A DNA stretch of 64,000 nucleotides, from positions 24,430,001-24,494,000 of the forward strand of contig NC_086109.1 of NCBI RefSeq assembly GCF_963921235.1, given 5' to 3'. Both the position numbers and the translations under genes were made by a program. The notes beneath the pieces are model-generated. The model made no database searches and was not told the DNA's origin. It was given only the letters and a program-made list of their open reading frames with translations. Origin of the DNA: Mobula hypostoma (Eukaryota). Below, one piece after another: positions 47,611-60,790 of the stretch; positions within the stretch are counted from its first letter, which is position 1; each line of letters begins with the position of its first letter.

Positions 47611-48694
47611 AATTGAATAAATATTGATTAATGTGAGAGTGATAGGGATTCATACAGGGTAACGAAACTGCATTTAATAAACCTACTGTATTTTTGTGGA
47701 AATAACTGGAAATGGAACTAACAGGGGGTCTGTGGATTTTAATTATAGAGACTGACAATAAATAAATGTGAATAAATATATACACATCAGAGTAAATTCC
47801 CTCTATGTCAAATACATGATTTTAAGATAAGGAAACCAAAATAATTACACAATGTTGTTGAGATCTCACCAAAGTTTTTGCTCCTGTAATCATATCTTCT
47901 CTTACAAGAGAGTAGATACTTTCAGTTTCATGAATATCTATGGCATTTTGCAGAAGTTCGTGGACAACAAAAAAAGGAGCAGAAGGTTGCAACTGGAAAA
48001 CATTAAATGTTTCCAAACTCTGGCAAATTGGCCAGGACGTTCACTTTGCATCAAATATAAATAAAAACTTTTATTAATAGCAGGAACCTAAGAATTGTGA
48101 AAGAACATTTGAAGAGAAAATAAAAGTAGGAATGGAGTATCAAAATATTGTATTTAACTGGACCTGATAAAGTCCCTCATAAGAGGCTGTGGGTGAGACT
48201 TAAATATCATGGGACTGAAGGAAAATAATTGAGCTGATTAGCAAGGTGGTTGAGAAGAGGCAGAAAGAGATCACAGATAATGAATTTAGTTGGAAGTGTC
48301 TGTTGTTGTCATGCAAGTATCCAACTGCTCTCTAAGATTATTAATAAATTATCAAAGGAGGTAGAGGGATTTACTTGCTCGCTTGGCAATGTTCCAAATT
48401 TGGATGGCATTGCAATGTCTGTGAATGGAAACATAAATTATAAAGATACTTTAACAGATTCAGTAAATACATTCAAAAAACACAGTATATTGACTTCAAT
48501 ATAGACAATGGAGATATTCCACTTTGGACCAAAAATGTGATTGAGCTGAGTCTTTTTTAAATCTATGAAACAGGAAGACCAAAGTGACTTTGAGCTTCAT
48601 GTATGAAGATTATTAAAATTTAAAGAAAGCTACTAAAATAATCAAAGGAGATTATGTAATATTGGGCTTTACATTTAAAGGAGAAGAGTGTAGA

Positions 48695-49405
48695 AGTCAA
48701 GGAACTGATTATTGACCAGGAGGAGGAAATCAGATGTCCATGAGCCAGTACTCATGGGAGGATCACAGGAGGCCAGCAACTTAAAGTTTCTTGGTGTGAT
48801 CATTTCAGAGGACCTGCTCTGTGTCGAGCATGCAAGTGCAATTATGAAGAAAGCACAGCAGCGCCTCTACTTCCTTAGCAGCTTGGAAAGATTCGGCATG
48901 ACATCTAAAACTTTGAAAAATTTCTATAGTCGGGCTGGCTGTATGACAGCCTGGTTTGAAAACACCAATGCCCTTGAATGGGAAATCTCACAAAAGGTAG
49001 TGGGTATGGCCCACCATTGAGCACGACTGCACGAAATATTGTCACAGAAAGTAGCATCCATCATCAGGGACCTTCACCACCCAGGTCAGGCTCTCTTCAA
49101 CTTCACTTGCTCCATCATTGAAATCTTTGCGCAAACTATGGACTCTCTTTCAAGGACTCTTCATCTCATGTTCTCGATATTTATTGTTTATTTATTAATT
49201 ATTATCATTTCTTTCTTTTTGTAATTGAACAATTTGTTGAGTTTTGCACACTGGCTGAACAGCAAAGTCAGTGTGGTTTTTCATTGATTCTATGATGGTT
49301 ATTATTCCATAATGGATTTTTGTGTATGCCCACAAGAAAATGAATCTCAGGGTTGTAAATTGTGATATATACGTACTTAGATAAAATGTACTTTGAACTT
49401 TGAAT
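48695..49405 (+). mobile_element. Degenerate Rex1/Babar LINE 3' fragment
   Basis: KFLGVIISEDL...MKKAQQRLYFLSSL...IIRDLHHPGQALF; (ACTTTGA)n tail. Confidence 0.8.
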
Positions 49406-50154
49406 AGGTAAGTCTCTTAGATAAGCCACAAAATCGGGCCAAAATATTTTATGTTGGATGTTACCCTTGGAAAAACTGAGGCACAGTTTTATAAAATTGA
49501 CTCTTGGACTCCAAGGGCTTAACAATAATGTTAAAAACTAAACTGGCATTTCCTGAAGCCAAAAGGATGATTAAAGTCAAGTTTCCAAGATATTAGCACA
49601 AAATTCTAGAGCCAATGGAGAGAAACTATTTACGTTGGTTGTAGAGTGCAAGGCCAAGGAACATTATGTAAAAGTTTTATAGTGCCCTTTCAGTCAAGTC
49701 AAGTTTAGAAAAAAGGCCCAAATCTTGCTTAAGAAATTTTCTATATTCATTGAAATATTTTCTATATTCATATTATAAATGAATGGAAATTATACTTAGT
49801 ATTTTTTAAATTGCTGGCAAAAAGCCAAATGGAATATTATATTCAATTCTGCCTAAATCATTTTAGAGGGATGTCAAGGCCTAAGAGGGAGCACAGAGCA
49901 GACACAGTAGAATGATGGAAAGATGTGGGATTTATGTGAATAGGCTATGGAAACTAAACTCTTGAGAACACAGGGAATTAAAAGGGGGTCTCAAAGATGT
50001 GCTCAGTGTAAAGAGCAGTTTTGACTAAGTGACAAAGTCAGAAGTATTCCTGTTGTTAACAGATTAGTTATGAAAAAACATAGATTTAAATTAGCTGGCA
50101 AGATCACCAGAGAGAAACTTAAAAGAATAGATGAAGAACCCTCTATTTTGCATA

Positions 50155-50535
50155 GTCATAAGTGCTGGAAATATTGAACCACACACACAAACTGCTGGAG
50201 GAAAGCAGCAAGTCGTGCAACATCTATGATGGGGAATAAATGATTGACTTTTCAGGACAGGACTTTTCATCAGGACGGGAAAGGAAGGGGGCAGAAGGGT
50301 GTGGGAAGGTAATGAGTACAAGCTGGCAGGCGATAGGTGTGACCAGCTGAGGAGGGAAGCAGGTGGGTGGGGAAGGGGTTTAAGTAAGAAGTGTGAAGGG
50401 GAATAGGTGGTGAGATAAAGGACTGAAGAAGGCATCTGACAGGAGAGGACGGTGGACTGCGGAAGAAAGGAAAGGAGGAGAAGAACCAGAGGGCAGGTGA
50501 GGAGAAAGGAAGGGGTGAGAGGGGTGCCAGAATAG
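50155..50535 (-). mobile_element. PLE 3' UTR/terminus, older subfamily, hammerhead core at ~50241-50278
   Basis: Reverse strand reads GTC-CTGATGA-AAAGTCCTGTCCT-GAAA-AGTC; purine-rich UTR like 21200-21465. Confidence 0.65.
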
Positions 50536-51744
50536 GAAATAGTTTGTTGTTGTTTTCTGAAATGCAATGCCAAAAGTTTGGTGAAAATAGATCCAATGAG
50601 AACATTCACCTAGGGCTTGTACACATACATAAAATACATAACTATTTACAGTAAACAGTTCATTCAACAACTATCACAAGATTGTTGTGTCAAAAGGGCT
50701 AATGCAGTTTTTCACTGACCTGGGTAGTGCACATTAGAGACTTAGTACTGTATATTCATGTCCTTATTATTATTTATCAAAATTGAGGGTCAAAATATTA
50801 TATCAATCTGCAATGAAGACCTCAGCAGTACTCACCAGAGACTAGAATGGTATGAGAGGGCCTGGAAGTGTATATCAGAGGGCATCCTTCTGTATATAAA
50901 ACTGCAGTGAAATGGTAGCACTGTTCAGAAGAGGGAAAAAACATCACTAACCTGTTCAATAGAAAGGGTCATTCAGCCTTAGGGAGAAGAGAACACTAAC
51001 AGTGCTGTAGTGAAGTTGGACTGTCTGAGAGCTTCCTTCAAAAAAAATTCTCCTTGCTTACCCTTGAGCTGTGATTTCTGTCTGCCCCTGGTAACAAGAC
51101 TCCTCATCTTCTGCTAGATGCCTATTGAATGTGATTAGGTATCAAAGCTCTGAATAACACACAGGGTTTTGATCTACTTCACGCTGACTGACACATATAT
51201 TTGAGATGAGTGACACAGTGACTACCCAATCCTGTCTGATCTTCTAACCCAAATCTATTTTCCCACAGGATCTCATGGTGCATTGTTCTTTGTTTGCTCA
51301 GGGAACTTGCTCCTCTAGAAATAATATTAGTATTTTTTTTATTATTCAAACAGAAACATTTGGAAGCTTCAAGACTGAGGCCCTTGGGATTACTGCATTC
51401 CTAAATAATACAAAACAGAGATAAGGTTTTCAGGACCCAGTCATGAAAGATTTCTTTCCTACAAGCCAGATATTACTGTTCACAAATGTATCATTATTAT
51501 TCACTAATGACAGTGCAGTGTTTCATGAGCTGAACAATATAACTTGTTTCTTTATGGAACCTCTCTGCCTAGAATTCACCCCTATTCAGAAGTACCAGCT
51601 ATGCAGTCCCCTCTGCTTCTGCTAGTCGGTGTTTCATTGAAATCAATGCAACTGGATTACAGCTCGAAACCATCGCTTTGTAGCGTGCTTAGCACTTCCT
51701 ACTAGGCATGGCTTTCTAGTCAAAATGGTCACCCCATGGTGCTT

Positions 51745-51965
51745 GACCATCAGTGAAGTACTTTTGAAGTGTAGTCACTGTTCCAATGTAGAAAATGCAG
51801 CAGTGGATTTATGCACAGGTCCTGCAAACAGTAATGTAATAATGACAAGGTAATCTGTCAATGATAACAGTTATTGAGAAATAAATGTTGTATGAGGTGC
51901 TGGGGAGAAGTCTCCCATTCTACAGCAAGATAGCGCCATGGAATCATATCATCCACAGGACTGCA
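51745..51965 (-). mobile_element. Old SINE, DeuSINE/SacSINE-like (related copies at ~59950-60330 and ~62415-62580)
   Basis: CTTTTGAAGTGTAGTCACTGTT..AATGTAGAAAATGCAGCAG...CAAACAGTAATGTAATAATGAC; family assignment from recall only. Confidence 0.4.
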
Positions 51966-53619
51966 TCTCTGTTTGTGCAGAACTGCTTCGATACTATTAG
52001 ACAATAGGTTCATTAATGGAATAATGCTTTTGTGGTTGCACTGGATAAAAAATGATCAAGGGCAAGCAATTCTACTTTAATGATTCTTGGCACCATGATC
52101 AATAACTGTCTACAGCCAATACTAAAAGTTTAACCGGATCAAAGATATCTGCTATCATCCTTCAGCTGGTACACCTAGTTGTTACTTCATATGAACTTAT
52201 CCCTTTCTTCATCACTTTCTCCACAATTTGCTTGTTTCCAAGACCTCTCCAGCCAACATTGTTCCATGCTTCAATTTTCACCCACTATCCACCAAAGTAC
52301 CCACTACGTCCTAACTTCCTCAGTCTATATTTCACATTTATTCAAAGCGAAAGTCAAAATAAATTTATTACCAAAATAAATTTGTCACCCTATACTACCG
52401 TGACATCAATTTTCTTGCAGGCATTTACAGGAAAATAAAGAAATACAATAAAATTTATGAAAAACTATTCATAAACACTAACAAACAACCAATGTGCAAA
52501 AGAAGATGAAAGTACAAACTAAAATAATAAATAAGCAGATAAATCAATGGACCAGTAAGTACCTACATGCAGTATGTAATTAAATAATACTGAGAACATG
52601 GCTTGCAGAGCCTTTGAAAGCTAATCAGTAGGTTCAGATTTGAGGAGAGTAATCCACACTGGTTCAGGAGCCTGACTGTTGAAGGGTAAGTACTGTTCCT
52701 GAACCTGGTGGTCTGAGACCTTAGGCTCCTGTACCTCCTGCCCGATGTTAGTAGAGAAGAGAGTGTGGCCTGGATAATGGGGGTCCTTGCTGAAGCATGC
52801 TCACATGAACTCCATTGCCTGTAAAGACTTTGGTTCTGTCATATTTGACTGCTCTCTCTTGTTGTGACTCTTCTCTCATCCCTATTCTGTCCAAAGGGCA
52901 GAGAGTAGTGATGAATAATTTTCCAAACTGGAGGAAATTATATTGTGGTGTTTATCCTTGGTATGTTATTAGGGCTACTGATCTTTTTGATACATATGTA
53001 TATCCTCTGGTTAGTTATGCAGGACATAATTTCAATGGGCATGATATGAATATAGATATTTTAACATTGAGGCAAATAATAATAGACTTCATGGGAACAT
53101 TGACAAACTGTTAAACTGACACATGACAGAGAAATTTTAATACCAGTGTGTTTGAAGTGATGTAATACCGCAGGAGGAATGAAATCAGACAGTATAAGGT
53201 AAAGGGCACAACTTTATAAGGCATCCAGAAACAGTATTTACCTTGAAAAGTAAAAATACATAGATGTTGGAAATTTGAAATTTACATATAAAATTATCAG
53301 AAATCTCAATAAGACATTTAGAATCAGAAAGGAGAACCAGATATATCCTTAGGTTGATGACCTTTTGTCAAGTTAATGAAGAGAGAAATGAAGTTACCTT
53401 AAATCTATATAAATGATGTCTCCAGTAAGTGCTACCTGTGCAATTGTGAAGACCTTGGGAAAAGTCTTGAAATGTCGACTATTCATTTCCTTCTGCAGAT
53501 CTTGCCTGACCTGCTGACTTCCTCCAGCAGTTTGTATCTTTACTCCCGTTTCCAGCATCTGCAGTTTCTTACTTCTTCTAGAATTACAAGTGTGAGTGTG
53601 AGTTATAAGGAATATGGAA

Positions 53620-54010
53620 GGTCAGACAGAGCTAAGGGTAATTTAATAGACTGGTTCAGTTTTTAACAGTTCCCTAGTCTGCACTGACAGAGGAAAGCTG
53701 TTTCCACTAGCAGAAATGTTTATAACCAAACGAAACAGATTTAAGATAATTGGCAAAGGAACGAAAAAGGGTATGAGAATTTTTTGACGCAGCCAGTTGT
53801 TGTGATCTGGAATGTATTCTGCCTGAAAGGATGGCAAAAGTAGATTCAAGCAGAATTTTCCAAGGGGAATTGGAGAAATACTTGAAAGGGAAAAAAAAAT
53901 TGCAGGGCTACGGGGAAAGAGCAGGAGAGAAGGACTAATTGGATATCTCTTTCAATGAGCCGCTGTAGGGATGATTGGTTGAATTGTCTCCTTTTGTGCT
54001 GTATGTCTCT
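53620..54010 (+). mobile_element. Old CR1 3' fragment
   Basis: AAGCTGTTTCCACT...TTTAAGATAATTGGCAAA...GATCTGGAATGTATTCTGCCTGAAAGG pattern of a CR1 terminus. Confidence 0.55.
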
Positions 54011-55191
54011 GAATAAGTACATCATGTGCCCAGTACTCACCCACTACAGACGAGGAAGGTCCGAATTCAATCTCAGATTTGTTTTAAACTAACAAGCATG
54101 AAGTAGGAATTAGATAAGACAAAGTAAGTGCTCCTGATAGCTATGCAATGGCCAGCTCCAAAGTTTCAACAAGTCTAATTTTAATAGTTCAGTGTCTAGG
54201 ATTTGAACAACACAGTAATCTTTTGTGAGAAATGATTCTCTTCAATTAGAATCACTCTTAAGGGTTTATGGTGGCAAGTTAAGTTAGTTCGATCTTATTA
54301 CATTGATTTACAATAGTTGCACTGATGGTTTTATCTATGCTTTGGATCATCTGATTTTTCATAAAAATAAACTTTGCATTGGTCAGTGTAAAGGAACGTG
54401 GGTGTGAACACTGAGCAGGAACATTATTAAGGAAACCTGTAAATTGGTCACACTTAATACATCTGCACGGGCTTTTTCATGAGAATGAGGTAAGGTCCTT
54501 ACTATATCACACTGTGGTCGCATCATTCATGTAACAGAGTTGAGGAGACATTACCTGAACATATTCTTTAGTTTTTTTTAAATGCAGGGGACTTAGCTTA
54601 CTTGAACAGATTAGGGAATGATCCCATCATGAACAAAGAATACTTCATAGACTATAAGTAATCAGATGTTCAAACAAAAGCAGATATGTAAACTGCAGCG
54701 ATTCCAAATAACCCCTCGTTTTTCTGCTTATCTGATGATTAGAGATGATCTAACTGTCTTTAGCATTTTCTTTATAACTGAAATCTGCAGAAACAATGTT
54801 CCAAGTAAAGGTTTAGTAAAGAAACACAGGTTTAAAAAAAAGTTTCACCCAATTTTTTTCGCCCTGCAGAGATATGACATATCAATGCTGTGATGCATGA
54901 TGTATAATGCACAATGTAGGACACATCAACGAGCTGTTTTCCAGAAGTTCCTCTTTGATGCCCATGTTCAGTGAAAAGCAGACTTTTTTTTCAGATGTTT
55001 GAGAAACTTCTGAGGATTTCCACATCTGTCACTCAGGAGTATCTAAGCTGATAGTAAGCCTGGAATAAATTTAGTATAAAACAGTCAAAGTAAATCCTTT
55101 TCAATACATTGGGGAAAAACTTTGCCAAATTAGCTCTGTATACTTATTCCCCTTGTTAACCGTCCTATCCTTAAAATGATGACATGCTCTG

Positions 55192-55472
55192 TGTTACAGT
55201 TCCTGAAGGTACACACTCACTCTAGGGCTGAATTTCTGAAGGTAGACTCTCCCTAGGGTTGAATTTGTGTAGGTATAGACTCTCTGTGGGGTTACAGTTC
55301 CTGAAGGTACAGACTCTGGCTAGGGTAGAATTTCTGGAGGTACAGACTCTCCCTGGGGTACACATCCAGATGGTGCTGACTCTCCTTGGGATACAGTTCC
55401 TAAAAGTGACAACTCTCTCTGGGATAGACTTTCTGAAGGTGTTGACTCTCCTCATGACAGAGCTCCAGAATG
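55192..55472. repeat. Diverged 33-bp minisatellite, ~8.5 copies
   Basis: CTGAAGGT-like core at 55203, 55236, 55267, 55301, 55334, 55367, 55400, 55433 and 55466. Confidence 0.85.
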
Positions 55473-56139
55473 AACGCCATTCTTTCTTTTTAGACAACCC
55501 TTTGGGGTCATGGATAACACGTTTGCAATTCAGTCCCGTGTGTTCTGGGGGTAAGAGACAACAGCAGGGTGGGAATAGTGGACCTTGCTACACCTGGCCA
55601 GAAGATGCTTGATGGGGCCAAGTGTTTGTTAGTTTAAGAGATGCTGAATTCTCTCTACTTCTTTAACAGGTTTTGTGTGCTCCCGACACAGACCATCTTA
55701 ATCCCACCCTGAATGCTATGTCTTCGCTCTGAGTTGGCACAATCAGATGTTCTCAGGATTAGGGTGCTGGAATATTTCAAGGGCTTTTTGACCACATCCC
55801 TTAATCTTTATTTCATAGCTTGGCAAATGGAACTAAATGCATATGATTAAGTCTCAATATTGGGATTTGGTTTGAAAAGAGATGCTGAAGTAGTTCCACT
55901 TACTCTGACAGGACATGGCAGATTTTGTAAAATCAAAAGCAAAATTGCCTGAGCCGCAAGGAGCCCAGGAAGTATGTAGGAAGGCTGTGATCACTGTTTC
56001 TCAACAAACCACATAGGGTCAAACGTGCTTTTGTTCAGTTGGCCAAAGACTGTTGATAGGCAAAAGGTGATAATAGATTTCATTTTTAATACCTACTTTT
56101 GTCGAGAACTGTTTCCCAAGATTTGTGAGATAGGTCAAT

Positions 56140-56745
56140 AGGGTCATAGAGTTGTACCAAGAAGAAAGAGGCCCTTGGCCTTCCACATCCATGCTGACCT
56201 TTATGTTCATCTTCAGTAAGCCTGATTACTCATATTAGAGTCATAAAGATATAGTCGGAGAGTCTTACGACATGAAAATAGGTCCTTTGTCCCAACTCAT
56301 CTATGTCGACTATGCAACCCAGTGAGCAAATCCCATCTGCCGACCTTCGGCCCATAACCCTCTAAACCTCGCTTATCCATGTACTTAATTAGATGTCTTT
56401 TAAATGTTGCTAACTCGCCGGCTTCAGCAACTATGTCGGGCTGCTCATTCCCAATGCATACCAGCTTTGTGTGAAGGTGTCCCTGTCTCTGATGTCCATT
56501 TTAAATCTCTCGCCTGTAATCTTAATCCTATGCCTCATGTTTTTAGCATCTCCTCCCTGAGAAAAAGGCTACGTGATTTCACCCTGCCCACGGCACTCAT
56601 GATCTGATACATCTCGATCAGATTGTCTTCAGTCCCCTACATTCCAGCGTATTAAGTCCGAGTCTACACAATCTCTCCTTGTTTCCCAGGGTCCCAAGTC
56701 CGAACAACATCCTGGTAAGTATTCTCTGCCCTCTTTCGAGTTTAA
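56140..56745 (-). mobile_element. Old CR1-type 3' fragments
   Basis: GTCATAGAG-type tails, CTTCGGCCCATAACCCTCTAAACC and CAACATCCTGGTAA, homologous to antisense CR1 ends. Confidence 0.55.
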
Positions 56746-56747
56746 TG

Positions 56748-57435
56748 CAGTTTGAGCATCCTTTATCCAAAATTCTAAAATCTGAAAACCTTTGAAGTCT
56801 GATTTTTTTTTTAGCACTGACATGATGTCACAAATGGAAAATTCCACAAGGCACTGGGAAGGCTCCCAGGCAATGCACAGGTCTCTACACACTACAGACA
56901 GTTCTAACAAGTGACCTCACGTATGTAATGAACACAAGTTAGTGAAAAACAGAAAAAGTCTGCATATATTGAAAAAATGAGGATCTTGAATGTGTATTGA
57001 AAGAGTGGATTTATTTGAGACCAGCAAAGGTCTATCACCACAAACTGAAAATTGAAGGTATTTGTTTTTATGCACAAAATTATGAAAAAAGGTTATAAAA
57101 AACTACCACCCCCCATCGTAGTTGCTGTGGAAGGGGTGGCTGTTTGAAATTGATGGCGGACATGAAGCCACTCGCAGCAATGGAACTCAGTAATAGACAC
57201 AGTCGGGGGCAGTTGTTCAACTCTGACAGTCGGTGGAAGACCCAGCTCCATCACCTTAGACTGTGCTTTGACTGCGAGCTGTTCTCTCTGTCAGCTTTGC
57301 ACCAGCTGAACATAAGCAGTATAGGTAATGCAAATGAAATTTGTGTTTAGACCTCGGTTTCATCCCCAAGGTAGTCTCATTATATATATTCAAATATTCC
57401 AAAACCCCAAAAAATCCAAAATCTGTAACACTTCT
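56748..57435 (+). mobile_element. Second Tigger/pogo remnant, right TIR cut off at the PLE junction
   Basis: Colinear with 16659-17539 (CTGACATGATGTCACAAATGGAAAATTCCACAAGGC; CAAATATTCCAAA...AAAATCCAAAATCTG). Confidence 0.8.
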
Positions 57436-59172
57436 TTTTGGATTCCAGACCTAATCAGTTCCCCTCTACCACCACTCTGCTCCATCTAGGGGAATTAGTC
57501 CTTACTCTTAATAATTTCTCCTTTGGCTCCTCCCACTTCCTCCAAACTAAAGGTGTAGCTATGGGCACCCGTATGGGTCCTAGCTATGCCTGCCTTTTTG
57601 TTGGCTTTGTGCAACAATCTATGTTCCGTGCCTATTCTGGTATCTGTCCCCCACTTTTCCTTCGCTACAACTGCATTGGCGCTGCTTCCTGCGTGCATGC
57701 TGAGCTCATTGACTTCATTAACTTTGCCTCCAACTTTCACCCTGCCCTCAAGTTTGCCTGGTCCATTTCCAACACTTCTCTCCCCTTTCTGGATCTTTCT
57801 GTCTCTGTCTCTGGAGACAGCTTATCTACTGTTGTCTGCTATAAGCCTACTGTCTCTCACAGCTATCTGGACTATTCCTCTCCTCACCCTGTCTCTTGCA
57901 AAAATGCCATCACCTTCTCGCAATTCCTCCGTCTCCGCCGCATCTGCTCTCAGGCTCAGGATGAGGCTTTTCATTCCAGGACGAGGGAGATGTCCTCCTT
58001 TTTAAAGAAAAGGGCTCCCGTTCCTCCACTATCAACTCTGCTCTTAAATGCATCCCCCCCATTTCACGCACATCTGCTCTCACTCCATCCTCCCGCCACC
58101 CCACTAGGAATAGGGTTCCCCTGGTCCTCACCTACCACCCCACCAGCCTCCGGGTCCAACATATTATTCTCCATAACTTCTGCCACCTCCAACAGGATCT
58201 CACCACTAAGCACATCTTTTCCTCCCCCACCTCTGCCTTCCACAGGGATCGCTCCCTACGTGACTCCCTTGTCCAATCGTCCCCCCCATCCCTCCCCACT
58301 GATCTCCCTCCTGGCACTTATCCTTGTAAGCGGAACATGTGCTACACATGCCCTTACACTTCCTCCCTTACCACCATTCAGGGCCCCAGACAGTCCTTTC
58401 AGGTGAGACATCACTTCACCTGTGAGTCGGCTGGGGTGATATTCTGCGTCTGATGCTCCCGATGTGGCCTTCTATATATTGGCGAGACCCGACGCAGATT
58501 GGGAGATCGTTTTGCTGAACGCCTACGCTCTGTCCGCCAGAGAAAGCAGGATCTCCCAGTGGCCACACATTTTAATTCCACATCCCATTCCCATTCCGAT
58601 ATGTCTATCCACGGCCTCCTCTACTGTAAAGATGAAGCCACACTCAGGTTGGAGGAACAACACCTTATATTCCGTCTGGGTAGTCTCCAACCTGATGGCA
58701 TGAACATTGACTTCTCTAACTTCCGCTGATGCCCCACCTCCCCCTCGTATCCCATCCGTTATTTATTTATATACACACATTCTTTCTCTCTCTCTCCTTT
58801 TTCTTCCTCTGTCCCTCTGATATACCCCTTGCCCATCCTCTGGGTTTTTTTTCCCCCCTCCCCCTTTTCCTTCTCCCTGGGCCTCCTGTCCCATGATCCT
58901 CTCATATCCCTTTTGCCAATCACCTGTGCAGCTCTTGGCTCCATCCCTCTCCCTCCTGTCTTCTCCTATCATTTTGGATCTCCCCCTCCTCCTCCCACTT
59001 CCAAATCTCTTACTAGCTCTTCCTTCAGTTAGTCCTGACGAAGGGTCTCGGCCCGAAACCTCGACTGTACCTCTTTCTAGACATGCTACCTGGACTGCTG
59101 CGTTCACCAGCAACTTTGATGTGTGTTGCTTGAATTTCCAGCATCTGCAGAATTCCTCGTGTTTGCGTTTTT
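57436..59172 (+). mobile_element. 5'-truncated Penelope-like element (RT, Cys-rich linker, GIY-YIG, terminal repeat), probably Neptune-type, disabled
   Basis: QTKGVAMGTRMGPSYACLFVG; catalytic YxDD reduced to LRYNCIG; LPFLDL; SQFLRLRRICS; PCKRNMCYTC linker; GVIFCV*CSRCGLLYIGETRRRLGDRFAE; frameshift near 58005. Confidence 0.92.
59031..59066 (+). ncRNA. Minimal hammerhead motif in the PLE terminal repeat (stem III mutated)
   Basis: AGTC-CTGACGA-A-GGG-TCTCGG-CCC-GAAA-CCTC-GACT, on the PLE sense strand. Confidence 0.7.
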
Positions 59173-60572
59173 AAACATCCTGGTGAATCTTCTCTGTAGT
59201 TATTCCAACTCAAGAACAATAGTGTCAATAACTTTCAAAATTCATGTATTGAGTGGGAGCAATATTTTTATCTGTGAAGCTCTGAACATATTGGCTTGAC
59301 AAAATTCAGTATTCTGAAAGGTGAGGGTATATTTAACATATCAATCTCACTTTAATCAACGTGACTGGACCTTAATAAAACTATTAAATATCTCATGGGT
59401 TCTTGGGCTTTATAAATTGAGACACAATGGCAGCAAAGTAATGAATCGATGCTGAAGCTTATGTATATGCTTGAGTAGGTCTCATCTGGTGTATTGTTCA
59501 ATTCTGGACTCCATGTGGGTTCCAGGTTATGTAAGTTAGGTATCGGAGGGTTTGAGGAGACGATTAGCTGGACTGGTATGAAGAAAAAATGGGACTTCTG
59601 CAGAACTCTGAAGTAGCTGAGTTTTTTAAGACCTGAGAAGGTTAATCAGAGAATTATTAGACCTTGTCAAAAGGATGAAGAGTTTTGATTACATTGACTG
59701 GATAGTTGGCCCTGGAGAGAATCTTATTTCTGATTTGTGACCTGGAATTCATTTCCTGTAAGGACAATGGAAACATAGACATCAGCATCTTGCAAAGACA
59801 ACTGTCAGAAATTTTAAGGAAGGAAACATTTGTGACCAAAGTGTTGGGAGTGTTCTTTGATCCAGTGTTGAACTGAAGAACCTAATGTCTCTTTTCTGAA
59901 TAGATCTTTCCATGTTTGTGTCACTTATGCAACACATCCTGTCAGCCATGGCTCATTGTGGTACTCTTAACTCTGGGTCAGAAGGGAATGGTTTCACATC
60001 TCCCTCCAGACATATGCACACAAACACACACTTGCTGACAACCTCACATATTGCAGGTTATTGCAGACTTGCTATCTGGATGAGATATTAAGTCAAGACC
60101 TTGTCAAACCCTCAGATCGATATAACTGATCTCTATGTTGAAGAGATTAGGAATGCTCATGTTCTCAACTGATGTTATTAACAAACAAGTGATCGAGTCA
60201 ATATCAGTCTTGCTTGTGGGATCTTACTGTACATAAATCAGCAGCGTTGCTTCCTGTGAAACAGCTCTGTTTCCAATGAACAGTGAACACTCTTCATTGT
60301 GTGTCTTTGATTCTGAAAGGTGATAAGAATGAAAATTCCTTCTTGATTATTATTTCTGAACTCTGTTCTGAACCTACTATATATCCTGTGGAATAGTTTA
60401 TACAGAAATGTTACCATCTTTCAAATTTACTATATTTTCAATCCAGGTCTTTCACTTCCAGGCCTAGATACTTCAAGCGCCCTGCCCTAATTCCACTGAG
60501 TTTTGTCGCTGAGCCCAGAGCTTTTGTTACATTGAGTGCCTTTCTCTTCTCCTGTAATATGCCCTTGCAAAG

Positions 60573-60790
60573 GCCAGCTGGTAGCGTACTGGCATCAGCG
60601 CCAGACTTTGGAGCGAAGGATCCCGAGTTTGAATCCAGCCGGCTCTCTTGCATGCTTTCCATCCGTGCTGGGTTGAGCTTCGAGCTAGCAACTTGGCCTC
60701 TTAAATATAAGAAAGCCTGCTAAAAAAAACACTGTCATGACGGCGTCCTAATGACTCCAATCAAGGTTAAGGGCTTTCTTCTTCTTCTTC
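60573..60790 (+). mobile_element. Full-length tRNA-derived SINE
   Basis: A-box TAGCGTACTGG (60582-60592), B-box GTTTGAATCC (60627-60636), (TTC)n tail, perfect 14-bp TSD ATGCCCTTGCAAAG at 60559-60572 and 60791-60804. Confidence 0.88.

Noticed and set aside
47045..47785. 246-aa Leu/Ser/Cys/Val-rich ORF and overlapping ORFs
   Set aside because: Translation of GA/CA microsatellite plus a PLE terminus.
60573..60645. Functional tRNA gene
   Set aside because: B-box is mutated, there is no clean acceptor stem, and body, tail and TSD mark it as a SINE head.
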